Positions 45,877 through 54,797 of a stretch of DNA of 64,000 nucleotides are shown piece after piece. The stretch's first letter is position 1; each line of letters begins with the position of its first letter. The notes under the pieces were generated by a model. It did not search any database and was not told the DNA's origin. It saw only the letters and a program-made list of their open reading frames with translations. Both the position numbers and the translations under genes were made by a program. Source of the stretch: Chloroflexota bacterium (GTDB lineage: Bacteria; Chloroflexota; Dehalococcoidia; Dehalococcoidales; RBG-16-60-22); the NCBI GenBank assembly GCA_018829775.1, contig JAHJTL010000075.1, forward strand, positions 416 to 64,415. Direction: 5' to 3'.

Positions 45877-46215
45877 TTGTCAGTTTTAATGTACGGATAT
45901 GCGGTCTGGAGCCCAATCGTCTGGCTGGTGGCGCTGCTGGTTCTGGCAGCCATTGCGCTCTATGTGAGAAGTCGCGGTCAGAAACGGTACAAGAAAGGGA
46001 CGGCGCAGACCGATGTCTTTCTCTCCGGCATCCAGGTTCCACCAGCCGAACAGCGCCACATTCCGGCGCATAACATATACTGGGGCTTTTTCGAGGCGCT
46101 GAAAGGATTTTACAGCACCATGATGCGACCACATACCGGGATTATCAATGACTATATGCTGTGGCTGGTAGCCATAATAGCGCTCACCGTTCTGATACTG
46201 GTCTTGACAAGTTAG
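45877..46215 (+). CDS. mbhI: Mbh small membrane subunit
   Basis: 112 aa, 2 TM, positioned between the antiporter-like subunit and the NuoB-like subunit as in Mbh operons. Confidence 0.65.
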   Translation: MSVLMYGYAVWSPIVWLVALLVLAAIALYVRSRGQKRYKKGTAQTDVFLSGIQVPPAEQRHIPAHNIYWGFFEALKGFYSTMMRPHTGIINDYMLWLVAIIALTVLILVLTS

Positions 46216-46242
46216 AATGGAGAATATATTTCAGGAAGGACG

Positions 46243-46677
46243 ATGAATTTAAAGGCATTTAACCGAGCACTCTGGGTATACCACCTCAACACCGGTTCCT
46301 GTAACGGCTGTGATATTGAGATTCTGGCCGTGCTGACGCCACGCTACGATGTCGAGCGTTTCGGCATCATGCTGGTGGGCTCGCCGCGCCACGCCGATGT
46401 CCTGCTCGCTACCGGGCCGGTGGGGCGCAGCATGGAGGATAGCGTGCGACGTGTTTACGAGCAGACCCCCGACCCTAAAGTGGTTATGGCGATAGGCAAT
46501 TGCGGTATTGAAGGCGATGTCTTTCATGAAGCTTACAGTCTGGTTGGGCCAATAGACCAGATAATACCGGTGGACGTTTACGTTCCCGGCTGCCCTCCCC
46601 GGCCGGAGGCGATTATCGAAGGGGTGGTAAAGGCCTGGGCCAAGCTGGAAACGCTGGCTAGGCAGGAGGTTTCATAG
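46243..46677 (+). CDS. mbhJ: [NiFe] hydrogenase small subunit (NuoB-like, proximal 4Fe-4S)
   Basis: GSCNGCDIE, GNCG and PGCPPRPEAI cysteine motifs. Confidence 0.92.
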   Translation: MNLKAFNRALWVYHLNTGSCNGCDIEILAVLTPRYDVERFGIMLVGSPRHADVLLATGPVGRSMEDSVRRVYEQTPDPKVVMAIGNCGIEGDVFHEAYSLVGPIDQIIPVDVYVPGCPPRPEAIIEGVVKAWAKLETLARQEVS

Positions 46678-47241
46678 TTGGAGAGGCTCACTCCTCAGGA
46701 AATCGTTGATAGCTTCAAGAAAGCGCTGGGCGACGATTTTATTGACGGCACAATCTACGAACGCGAGGTCGCCGTCAAGAAGAACCGTTTCCGCAGCATC
46801 TGGATACATGTCAGGAAGAAGGCATTCCGGAATGCGGTGGAGCATATCTGCCGCATTCAGCAATATCCTCATTTCGCCATTATCTCATCGAGCGACCTGG
46901 GAAATGACGTGGAGCTGATATACCACTTCACCATATACTACGGCAATCATCTGGAGGAACTAAGCCTGGGGCTTCGGGTTACCCTGCCCAAGAAAGACCT
47001 GACGATACCAACCATAACCGACCTTATCCCCGGCGCCATCTTCACCGAGCGCGAGACGCAGGAGATGATGGGGGTAGAGGTTATCGACATACCGGACGGA
47101 AGGAGATTATTCCTTGTTGGTGACCTTCCTGAAGGTATATACCCGTGGAGAAAAGATGAGAAGAAACTGGAGGAATACCTCCGGGTGCTGCCGGGAAGAA
47201 AGCCAAAGGGGAAAGATAAGGGGAAAGATAAGGAAGGGTAG
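46678..47241 (+). CDS. mbhK: NuoC-like hydrogenase subunit
   Basis: 30-kDa (NuoC) family pattern (FTERETQEMMGV); Lys-rich C-terminal tail. Confidence 0.85.
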   Translation: MERLTPQEIVDSFKKALGDDFIDGTIYEREVAVKKNRFRSIWIHVRKKAFRNAVEHICRIQQYPHFAIISSSDLGNDVELIYHFTIYYGNHLEELSLGLRVTLPKKDLTIPTITDLIPGAIFTERETQEMMGVEVIDIPDGRRLFLVGDLPEGIYPWRKDEKKLEEYLRVLPGRKPKGKDKGKDKEG

Positions 47242-47249
47242 TAGCTAAT

Positions 47250-48494
47250 ATGGCAGTCAATGAGACGGAAAAAACGACCTATACCATACCGATAGGGCCA
47301 ATTCACCCGGCGCTCAAGGAGCCGGTACAGCTCGACCTTGAGATAGACGGTGAGCAGGTAGTCGACGTTGATATTCACCTGGGGCAGGTTCACCGCAGCA
47401 TTGAATGGCTGGGGATGAACCGCAACAACCCCATCCAGACGCTGTACCTTGCCGAGAGGATATGCGGCATTTGTAACGTCTGCCATCCATACTGTCTGGC
47501 TCTGGCCGTGGAGCAGGCGGCGGACATCGCGGTGCCGGACCGTGCCGAGTATATCAGGGTCATCGCCGCCGAGATGGAGAGAATCCACTCCCACATTCTG
47601 TGGGCGGGGGTAGCCGCCCATGAGATAGGCTTTGACACCGTCTTTTATCTGACCTGGAGAGTCCGTGAAGAAATCATGGACGTGATTGAGTATGTCTTCG
47701 GCAACCGGATAACCAAGGCAATTTTCCAGTTCGGAGGCGTCAGAAGGGATATTACCGCGGAGCAATTGCCGCGGATACGTCAGGGTCTGGACTACTACAA
47801 GAGCATTTTCGAGCAGCTGAGGCGGATTTTCCTCGAGGACGAAACGGTAAAGATGAGGACCAGGAACGTCGGCATACTGAGCGCGGAGGATGCTTTGAAG
47901 CTGATTACAGTGGGTCCGACGGTGAGAGCCAGCGGTGTGCCGAAGGATGTAAGGCAGGACCAGCCGTATTCGGCCTATGCTGATATGAACGTCAAGGCGA
48001 TTACACCCGATATCGTCACCGGTACCGTGGTTGGCGATGTCTATGACCGCATCATCGTCCGTCTGCTCGAGGTAGCGCAGTCGATTGAAATCATCGAAGA
48101 GTGCATTGCCAATATGCCGGAAGGCCCCATAATCACGGAGCCGAAGATAACGAGGCTGCAGCGTATGCTTACCGATGCCGCCGGCGAGGGTGTGGGGCGC
48201 GTTGAAGCGCCGCGCGGCGAGGACATCCACTATGTACGCCTGGAGTCAGGAGAGAGCACCCTCTCCACATGGAAAGTCAGGGCGCCGACCTATGTCAACC
48301 TGATGGCCGTGCCCACCATGCTCAAGGGCATGCAGATTGCAGATGTACCCATCGCGTTTGCTTCTATTGACCCGTGTATGTCCTGCACCAATCGGATGAT
48401 TATTACCGACCGGGCCACGGGAAAGAAGTCCGTAATGGACTATGAAGAGATGCACCGGCTCTCCGTACAAAAGACGAAAGAGTTGCGAAGATGA
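47250..48494 (+). CDS. mbhL: [NiFe] hydrogenase catalytic large subunit (group 4, NuoD-like)
   Basis: N-terminal RICGICNVCH (RxCGxCxxxH) and C-terminal DPCMSCTNR (DPCxxCxxR) Ni-Fe ligand motifs, followed by a 32-aa C-terminal extension. Confidence 0.93.
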   Translation: MAVNETEKTTYTIPIGPIHPALKEPVQLDLEIDGEQVVDVDIHLGQVHRSIEWLGMNRNNPIQTLYLAERICGICNVCHPYCLALAVEQAADIAVPDRAEYIRVIAAEMERIHSHILWAGVAAHEIGFDTVFYLTWRVREEIMDVIEYVFGNRITKAIFQFGGVRRDITAEQLPRIRQGLDYYKSIFEQLRRIFLEDETVKMRTRNVGILSAEDALKLITVGPTVRASGVPKDVRQDQPYSAYADMNVKAITPDIVTGTVVGDVYDRIIVRLLEVAQSIEIIEECIANMPEGPIITEPKITRLQRMLTDAAGEGVGRVEAPRGEDIHYVRLESGESTLSTWKVRAPTYVNLMAVPTMLKGMQIADVPIAFASIDPCMSCTNRMIITDRATGKKSVMDYEEMHRLSVQKTKELRR

Positions 48495-49507
48495 ATTTAT
48501 TAGGAGACACCCTGTGGATTAATGCCATAGTCATCATCATTGGCTCCGCCATTGTCGTGGCCATTGGTGCTTTCTTCGGTATGCTGTATCGGGGCGTTGA
48601 CCGCAAGCTGGTGGCACATATGCAGGGAAGGGTCGGCCCTCCTATAGTACAGCCCTTCCGCGATGTGCAGAAGCTGCTCATGAAAGAGAGCATTATACCG
48701 AGGGGCGCCATTCCGTGGCTGTTCACGGCGGCACCTTTCCTCGCCGTCATTTCCACCGGTGTGCTGCTCCTGTATATTCCGCTTTTCGGTCAGCAAGCAT
48801 TGCTTGGCCGGTACGGCGATGTGATACTGGTGCTGTATCTGCTCATCGTGCCCTCGCTTGCCTTTGTCGCCGGTGGGTTCGCTTCCAGTTCCCCGTATGC
48901 TACTGTGGGCGCCCAGCGGGAGATGATAATCATGATGAGCTACGAGCTGCCGCTGGCAGTGGTGGCTCTGACCATCGCCTGGAAAATCAGCCAGGTCACC
49001 ACCGCGAACCCGTTCCTCCTGACCACCATAACAGCGTATCCGATATGGAGCCTGCTGGGACCGGTGGGCATTGCCGGGGCGGCGTTGATGCTGCTTGCTC
49101 TTGGGGTAGTGACCGTCGGAGAGGCAGCCAAGGTTCCGTTTGACATCGCCGAGGCGGAAACGGAAATCGCCGGCGGGATGCTGGTTGAATATTCGGGAAG
49201 AAACCTTCTCCTGTTCTACTTGGCGGACGTCATCAAGGCCTTTGCCATGGTAGCGGTGGTGGTGGCGCTGTTCATCCCCTACAACCTGTCGCCCTATATC
49301 GGGGTGCAGATGGCGCTGCCGGCGGGCATCATCGATGGGCTGTTCTTCCTGGTCAAGGTCTTCGTTATCATGTTCTTCAGTATCACGCTGATACGTGCCG
49401 GTATGGCGCGATTTAAAATCACGCAGGCCAGTGCGGTATACGTTCTTGCCATGACCGCCGTAGCACTTGTCGGCATGTTGCTTATCTGGGTTGACTCCAT
49501 GTTTTGA
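48491..49507 (+). CDS. mbhM: NuoH-like membrane subunit
   Basis: 338 aa polytopic protein; GRVGPP..QPF.D..K and FD.AEAE.E motifs. Confidence 0.9.
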   Translation: MNLLGDTLWINAIVIIIGSAIVVAIGAFFGMLYRGVDRKLVAHMQGRVGPPIVQPFRDVQKLLMKESIIPRGAIPWLFTAAPFLAVISTGVLLLYIPLFGQQALLGRYGDVILVLYLLIVPSLAFVAGGFASSSPYATVGAQREMIIMMSYELPLAVVALTIAWKISQVTTANPFLLTTITAYPIWSLLGPVGIAGAALMLLALGVVTVGEAAKVPFDIAEAETEIAGGMLVEYSGRNLLLFYLADVIKAFAMVAVVVALFIPYNLSPYIGVQMALPAGIIDGLFFLVKVFVIMFFSITLIRAGMARFKITQASAVYVLAMTAVALVGMLLIWVDSMF

Positions 49508-49515
49508 GGTATGAT

Positions 49516-49989
49516 ATGTGGGAAGCTGCGATTACGATAATTAAACAGCTTTTTTTGAAACCGGCGACCAATCTCTTTCCGGCCAAATATGCGCCGGAGT
49601 CGACACTCGACCTGCTCGATAAGGTGGCCAAGCAGGAAGTGGCATTGAATCCGCCGATTGCGGTGCCGCCGCAGTTCCGGGGTAAAATCGCCTACGACCG
49701 GGAGAACTGCACCGGCTGTCAGCTATGTGTGAAAGTCTGCCCCACCAGCGCCATCGAGTTTCTGCCTGAAGAGAGAAAGGTCAAGATATTCATCTCCCAG
49801 TGCTGCTTCTGTGCCCAGTGCGTTGATGTGTGCCCCGTGCATACGCTGGCCATGACCGAGGAGTTCCTGCTCTCCAGCTATGATAAATTCGCCGACGAAC
49901 TGATAGTCACCGACAGCGGCGAACTCCCCGGCTCAGTAAAGAGGAAAGCAAAAGGCGCCGAGGCGGAGTCCTCATCGGAAGAAGAATAA
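49516..49989 (+). CDS. mbhN: NuoI-like 2x[4Fe-4S] ferredoxin subunit
   Basis: CTGCQLCVKVCP and CCFCAQCVDVCP. ATG 49516 lies 6 nt after GAGG; the track start is TTG 49504. Confidence 0.88.
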   Translation: MWEAAITIIKQLFLKPATNLFPAKYAPESTLDLLDKVAKQEVALNPPIAVPPQFRGKIAYDRENCTGCQLCVKVCPTSAIEFLPEERKVKIFISQCCFCAQCVDVCPVHTLAMTEEFLLSSYDKFADELIVTDSGELPGSVKRKAKGAEAESSSEEE

Positions 49990-50008
49990 ACTGGCATCTA
50001 AGGCTCGC

Positions 50009-50503
50009 TTACCCCAGCGCGCTGATTTCGTCCAGGCGGTCGTTCAGTATCAAATCAACCACACGCTCACCGCTTTTTCGCACCGGTCCGGAAAGCCTGT
50101 CCCCGGTTTCCGTCCGCTCAGGCTGAATGCCAATAATGTACACCTGTCCACAGAACTCGCTGACGTATGAGACGAATGCCGATAATGGCATACTGTGCGT
50201 GGAAAAAGATAAGGTGGCAATTTTTTCCGGCGATAATAACCTTATTGACCCCGGGGATAGCCCCATATCCGCGGCATCAACCAGTATTAACTGTTCCGGC
50301 CGATTCCTGCGGATGATTGAAGTGTAGTTCTCTGGCGCGGTGCCGGCGTCTATGGCGGTGATATCCTGTTGGCGGGAAGCCCCTGGACGTTCGGCACCGG
50401 CTTTTCCCTGCCGCTTCTCGTTTACTCTTCTGACGACAAATGAGCCAACGGCATCGTCGCCGCCCAGCGGATTACCGATGCCCAGAGTAATTTTATGGCT
50501 CAC
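50009..50503 (-). CDS. Hydrogenase maturation endopeptidase (HycI/HybD family)
   Basis: LGIGNPLGGDDAVG...DAG motifs. Convergent with the end of the mbh operon. Confidence 0.85.
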   Translation of the reverse strand: MSHKITLGIGNPLGGDDAVGSFVVRRVNEKRQGKAGAERPGASRQQDITAIDAGTAPENYTSIIRRNRPEQLILVDAADMGLSPGSIRLLSPEKIATLSFSTHSMPLSAFVSYVSEFCGQVYIIGIQPERTETGDRLSGPVRKSGERVVDLILNDRLDEISALG

Positions 50504-50534
50504 CAGAGTATTCTAGTTATTTGGCCTTCGCTTA

Positions 50535-51293
50535 TCAAGTCGAAACCGATAGCACCGGTTCGTCGCGCGATAGTATGGTTCCTCTGACGCCAACGGTCAC
50601 ATCGTAAAGCGGGATATTTGAGCCGCTGGCCTCGATGGCCTTTTGCGCCATGTACACCAGTCCGGAGCAGCAGGGCACCTCCATGTGCACCACGGTGATG
50701 CTGCGGGGTTCCGCCTGATGCAGAATGGCGACCAGTTTATTCAGGTGGGCACCAAAGTCGTCCAGCTTGGGGCAGGCTACCAGCAGGGCGCGATTTTGCA
50801 GGAACTCCCGGTGAAAATCAGCGTAGGCAAAGGGAACGCAGTCGGCGGTCAGCAGGATATCAGCCCCCTGCAGAAACGGTGCCGAAGGCGGCACCAGGGT
50901 CAACTGCACCGGCCACTGGGTGAGCATTGATGCGATGGGTCCGGTTGCGGCTGATTCCGGCAGCTCCGATGTTTCACGCTGGAACTGCGCGACAGTCGCC
51001 GAAGGGCAGCCGCAGGGAAGTTCAGGCTCATGCGCGATAGGATGCAGATGATGGGCCACTGCTTCCTCGTCGAATTCTTCGACTTCTCGCTCTTCAATGA
51101 TAAGTGCTCCCTGTGGGCACTCTCCCAGGCAGGCACCAAGGCCGTCGCAGTACTGCTCGCGCACCAGTTTTGCCTTACCATCTATTATCTGGAGGGCTCC
51201 CTCGGCACAGGAAGGCACGCAGAGGCCGCAGCCATTGCACTTCTCTTCATCAATCTTGATTATTTTCTTAAGCTGTCTGGTAGTCATGTTCAC
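50535..51293 (-). CDS. 4Fe-4S dicluster protein with uncharacterised Cys-containing C-terminal domain
   Basis: CNGCGLCVPSCAEGAL and CDGLGACLGECPQGAL. C-terminal ACPKLDD...VVHMEVPCCSGL. Confidence 0.8.
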   Translation of the reverse strand: MNMTTRQLKKIIKIDEEKCNGCGLCVPSCAEGALQIIDGKAKLVREQYCDGLGACLGECPQGALIIEEREVEEFDEEAVAHHLHPIAHEPELPCGCPSATVAQFQRETSELPESAATGPIASMLTQWPVQLTLVPPSAPFLQGADILLTADCVPFAYADFHREFLQNRALLVACPKLDDFGAHLNKLVAILHQAEPRSITVVHMEVPCCSGLVYMAQKAIEASGSNIPLYDVTVGVRGTILSRDEPVLSVST

Positions 51294-51535
51294 TTCTCCT
51301 TTGCTGTTTGCTCTTCACCTTTGAGTTGTTTCCATCTCTCCTCACCGAGGCACTCGCGGGCGGCAGCGCACCAGTCAATGCAGGACGGAGTTTTCTCCTT
51401 GTACACATACTGTCCGCATTTCTGACATTTCACCCGCATTTCATCAGAGAAAATCTCCACCTCGGCGCCGCAGTTCGAGCACTTGTGGAGAGAAACCCTC
51501 AGTTTTCGCATATCCTGGCCGGGACACCGTATCAT
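51290..51535 (-). CDS. Small zinc-ribbon/Cys-rich protein
   Basis: MIRCPG..CSNCGAEVE...KCQKCGQ...CIDWCAAARECLG. ATG 51535 after GGGGGTGG. Overlaps the downstream ferredoxin gene by 4 nt. Confidence 0.65.
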   Translation of the reverse strand: MIRCPGQDMRKLRVSLHKCSNCGAEVEIFSDEMRVKCQKCGQYVYKEKTPSCIDWCAAARECLGEERWKQLKGEEQTAKEK

Positions 51536-51607
51536 AAAAACCACCCCCAGTGTTTGATGGAATCATTTATTTCTACTACCATGATACCTTCGTTTTATGC
51601 TGCCGAC

Positions 51608-51623
51608 TATGATTTACATCACA
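51608..51623. promoter_or_regulatory. Near-consensus CRP/HcpR-type site (TATGA-N6-TCACA)
   Basis: TATGATTTACATCACA differs from the 37812 site at 2 of 16 positions. It lies about 75 nt upstream of the 51535 start and directly downstream of the Crp/Fnr gene. Confidence 0.5.
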
Positions 51624-51685
51624 TAAGCGCCAGAACAGTGCCATTTTTGCCGTGGAATTGATATAACGGGATATGAATTTGTTGC

Positions 51686-52381
51686 TTATACGGTTGGCGG
51701 GCCTTCGGCAAGCAGCCTGAGTTTAGGCTCATCAACGATGACGAGCTGACCTCGAGAGGTACGGATGATACCCCTCTCGCGCAGCCCGCTGGTCAGGCGG
51801 ATAGCCGTCTCCGTGGTCATACCGGCCATATCGGCTAACTCCTGTCGTGTAAAGGGCAAAGTGTTGCCCATTCTGGAGGCCAGCATCAGCAGAATGCGGG
51901 CCAACCTCTGCTGAACTCTCTCCCCGGCAAGGTCCTTGAGCCGACCCTGCGCATCGCGGAGGCGACCGCCAAGAATGTTGATAATACGCAGTGCCACCTG
52001 CGGGTGGGTGGCGAGAAAATCAAGAAAATTCTGCCTTTTGATGCCCAGCACCTTGCTGGCCGAAATCACTTGAGCGGAAGCCGGATAGGGCTTACCTTCA
52101 AAAACGGCTACCTCGCCGAACATTTCGCCGGGACCAAAGAAGGCGATGATGAATTCTTTGCCCGAGGACGAGTGCTTGACCACTTTGATTCTTCCCCTGG
52201 CGATTACGTAGAAGTAATCAGGTTCATCGTCCTCCCAGAAGATGAATTCATCAGGCTGGAAGCTGCGCTCAACCGCCAGGTCGACCAGTTCGGAAAGCTC
52301 TTCCTCGTTCAGGCTGGAGAAAATCAGCGACTTCTTTAGAATCTGGGATTTTTCGGTCGGTAACAAAGCCCACCCCCTCAA
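51686..52381 (-). CDS. Crp/Fnr-family transcriptional regulator
   Basis: cNMP-binding-like N-domain (FGPGEMFGEVA) and C-terminal HTH (TRQELADMAGMTTETAIRLTSGL). No FNR-type N-terminal Cys cluster. Confidence 0.9.
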   Translation of the reverse strand: MRGWALLPTEKSQILKKSLIFSSLNEEELSELVDLAVERSFQPDEFIFWEDDEPDYFYVIARGRIKVVKHSSSGKEFIIAFFGPGEMFGEVAVFEGKPYPASAQVISASKVLGIKRQNFLDFLATHPQVALRIINILGGRLRDAQGRLKDLAGERVQQRLARILLMLASRMGNTLPFTRQELADMAGMTTETAIRLTSGLRERGIIRTSRGQLVIVDEPKLRLLAEGPPTV

Positions 52382-52399
52382 TTGTGCCAGCGCTTGTAA

Positions 52400-53083
52400 C
52401 TATCTGGCTACAGCACTTCCACCGGCAATTTCCTGGTTCAGATACCATTGACGGACCGCATCAACGATTTCTTCGGCATCGTCGTAAACACGGAGCAGGT
52501 GCAGGTCTTCTTTGGAAATGTAATTATTATCCAGCGTGCAGTCCCGCAGCCAATCGAGAAAGCCGTTCCAGTAGCCGCTGCCGTATAGGAGCACGGGGAA
52601 AGGCTTTATCTTGTGAGTTTGCATCAGCGTCAGCACCTCGGTTAGCTCATCGAGTGTCCCGAGGCCGCCGGGCATGATGATGAAAGCGGTGGCGTATTTC
52701 ACCAGCAGCACCTTGCGGACAAAGAAATGGCGCAGTGAAAGAGAGATATTGGAGTAAGTATTGGGCATCTGTTCCTCAGGCAGCTCGATGTTCACGCCCA
52801 CGGATTTCACACCAGCTTCGGAAGCACCCTTGTTGGCTGCCTCCATAATGCCGGGTCCGCCGCCGGTGATTACGGCGAATCCCGCCTCGCCAAGTCGGCG
52901 GGCGATTTCTTCCGTTTTCTTGTACAATTCATCACCCGGTTTCACTCTGGCCGAACCGTAAATGGATACGGCCGGTTCTACTCCCGAGAGCCGGTCAAAT
53001 CCCTCCACCAGCTCACCGATGATGCGGAACATACGCCAGGATTCCTCTTTGGCCAGTTCATTGATTTCATATTCCTGTGGCAT
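52400..53083 (-). CDS. LOG-family (TIGR00730) Rossmann-fold nucleotide-binding protein
   Basis: VITGGGPGIMEAAN and PGGLGTLDE motifs. Confidence 0.88.
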   Translation of the reverse strand: MPQEYEINELAKEESWRMFRIIGELVEGFDRLSGVEPAVSIYGSARVKPGDELYKKTEEIARRLGEAGFAVITGGGPGIMEAANKGASEAGVKSVGVNIELPEEQMPNTYSNISLSLRHFFVRKVLLVKYATAFIIMPGGLGTLDELTEVLTLMQTHKIKPFPVLLYGSGYWNGFLDWLRDCTLDNNYISKEDLHLLRVYDDAEEIVDAVRQWYLNQEIAGGSAVAR

Positions 53084-53112
53084 GGTTGTCTCCCTGTCCC
53101 GATAATTAAAGA

Positions 53113-54048
53113 TTATACAGTACTTTCAGTATCAAAAGTGGATACCAGAAAACGGGAAATTTTACGATGGATTAATGGATACCAGAGCCAGAAGGTGGTG
53201 TGCGTTCCCGGGAACCAGCTTATGGCTGGTTTGCCGGAGGCCTCCCAGAGGTCAAGCGTGGCCTCTCTTGGAATGTATTCGTCCCAGAGGGCGTTGAGCA
53301 ACAGTACAGGGCGTTCCTGCAGGCAGTGACCGAAGGTCATCGGGTCAATAAGAAAGCTCCGGTCGGGGGGTGTTACGTTCTCGAAACCTTTCTCAGCGAC
53401 CTCACCCAGATATTGCCTGTAAACCTGCTGGTTGCGGTTGTACTCTTCCTCAGTTACTTTGTAACCTTTCCTCATGGAGCGCTTCCGGCTGAAACGCCCT
53501 ATCTTCTGTGAATTCCCGCCGGCGATGAGAAAAACCCCCGCCTTGATTCGGTCGTCTATGCCCATGGTAATCGCGGAGATGAAGCCGCCGAAACTTGTGC
53601 CGATTATCCCCACCTTCTCCGTGTCTATCTCGGTACGGCCTTTGGCCCAGTCAATTGCCTGTCGTACGTCGGTTACAGAAATGACATAGTTTTCAAACCA
53701 CTCGTCGGGGGTGAGAGAAGGGTAGCGGCGTTTTACCTCATCCGGCATGCGCCGGGAATGAAACACCGAGTAAAGGACGAAGCAGGCCATGCCTTTCTTG
53801 ACCAGCGACCGGGCCAGTAGCCTGCAGGGGACGAGGAGCTGGTCGCCGACGCCGTGGAACAGGATGACCAGCGGGGCACCGATGGCATTCAGCGGCCGGA
53901 AATACTCAGCCAGGACAGTTTTGTTCTTTTCATGACGCGTCGGGCAGGCGGTGGGGTAATGAACCGCATAGCTCGCCCACTCCCGGTGCGTCTGCTTCAA
54001 TTGCATATGGGCGTGCAGCCCGTCGCTCGAATAATGGAATGGGTTCAT
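53113..54048 (-). CDS. Alpha/beta hydrolase
   Basis: Nucleophile elbow GTSFGG; LFHGVGD. Overall dienelactone-hydrolase/esterase-like layout. Confidence 0.75.
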   Translation of the reverse strand: MNPFHYSSDGLHAHMQLKQTHREWASYAVHYPTACPTRHEKNKTVLAEYFRPLNAIGAPLVILFHGVGDQLLVPCRLLARSLVKKGMACFVLYSVFHSRRMPDEVKRRYPSLTPDEWFENYVISVTDVRQAIDWAKGRTEIDTEKVGIIGTSFGGFISAITMGIDDRIKAGVFLIAGGNSQKIGRFSRKRSMRKGYKVTEEEYNRNQQVYRQYLGEVAEKGFENVTPPDRSFLIDPMTFGHCLQERPVLLLNALWDEYIPREATLDLWEASGKPAISWFPGTHTTFWLWYPLIHRKISRFLVSTFDTESTV

Positions 54049-54054
54049 AGCCTG

Positions 54055-54597
54055 TTACACTTTGTCCAGGATGCTCAGGTTGGGATTCTCCAGCATGGCA
54101 GCGGCTCTTCTGGCCGTCTTGGCCACAATCTTCGAGCAGTGTTCATGGATACCCAGCTCTTTCATCCATTCTCTTTGCCACGGAATTTCGCGGTTAAGTT
54201 CCGTTCCCGTGAACGCCTTGCGAATGTCGCGGCAGACGATGCTGCCGAATTCCCGCTCAAACCATTTGGCCAGTTTGGCCACCGGTTCCAGGGCAGCAAA
54301 TTCTATCTCAATGGCTTTTTCCGCTGGCCCTTCCAGAGCGCTGACGTCGCGACCGTATTTCATACCGAGGGCAAGTGCGGAACCGGTCAGCGCTCCACAT
54401 ACGGAGCGCATGCTACCAACACCGCCAGCCAGGCCAATAGACGCTTTCGCCATTATATCATCTCTCATTCCGCAGACTTCCTGAATCGCCAGCAGTGAAC
54501 ACTGCGAACAGCCATGGTATTTGTCGATAAGTTCGTAGGCTCTTTTCTCCACTCTATCCAGAACGTCTTTATCAAGACCTTTTTGACCTGCAGTCAT
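54055..54597 (-). CDS. C_GCAxxG_C_C family redox protein
   Basis: GCSQCSLLAI ... VCGALTGSALAL pattern. Confidence 0.75.
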   Translation of the reverse strand: MTAGQKGLDKDVLDRVEKRAYELIDKYHGCSQCSLLAIQEVCGMRDDIMAKASIGLAGGVGSMRSVCGALTGSALALGMKYGRDVSALEGPAEKAIEIEFAALEPVAKLAKWFEREFGSIVCRDIRKAFTGTELNREIPWQREWMKELGIHEHCSKIVAKTARRAAAMLENPNLSILDKV

Positions 54598-54797
54598 TGA
54601 AACCTCCTCCTCTATAGTTAACTATGGGACATTGTTTAACACGGGACACTCACGGTATCTTCAATTATTTCGTGCCGTTTGTCAAGACCAGCCGCCACGC
54701 TTTTAATTACGGTTATTGAAAATCGGCTGGATGATATTATAATTAGGTCAACGTATGAATTATTGCAGCGCAAGGAAAATACCAGAAGGAGGGCAAA

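Noticed and set aside
46947-48230. 427-aa ORF on the minus strand across mbhK/mbhL
   Set aside because: It is antisense to two well-supported hydrogenase genes that have clear motifs. The product is Arg/Pro/Gly-rich with no motif, which is the typical shadow ORF of GC-rich coding DNA.
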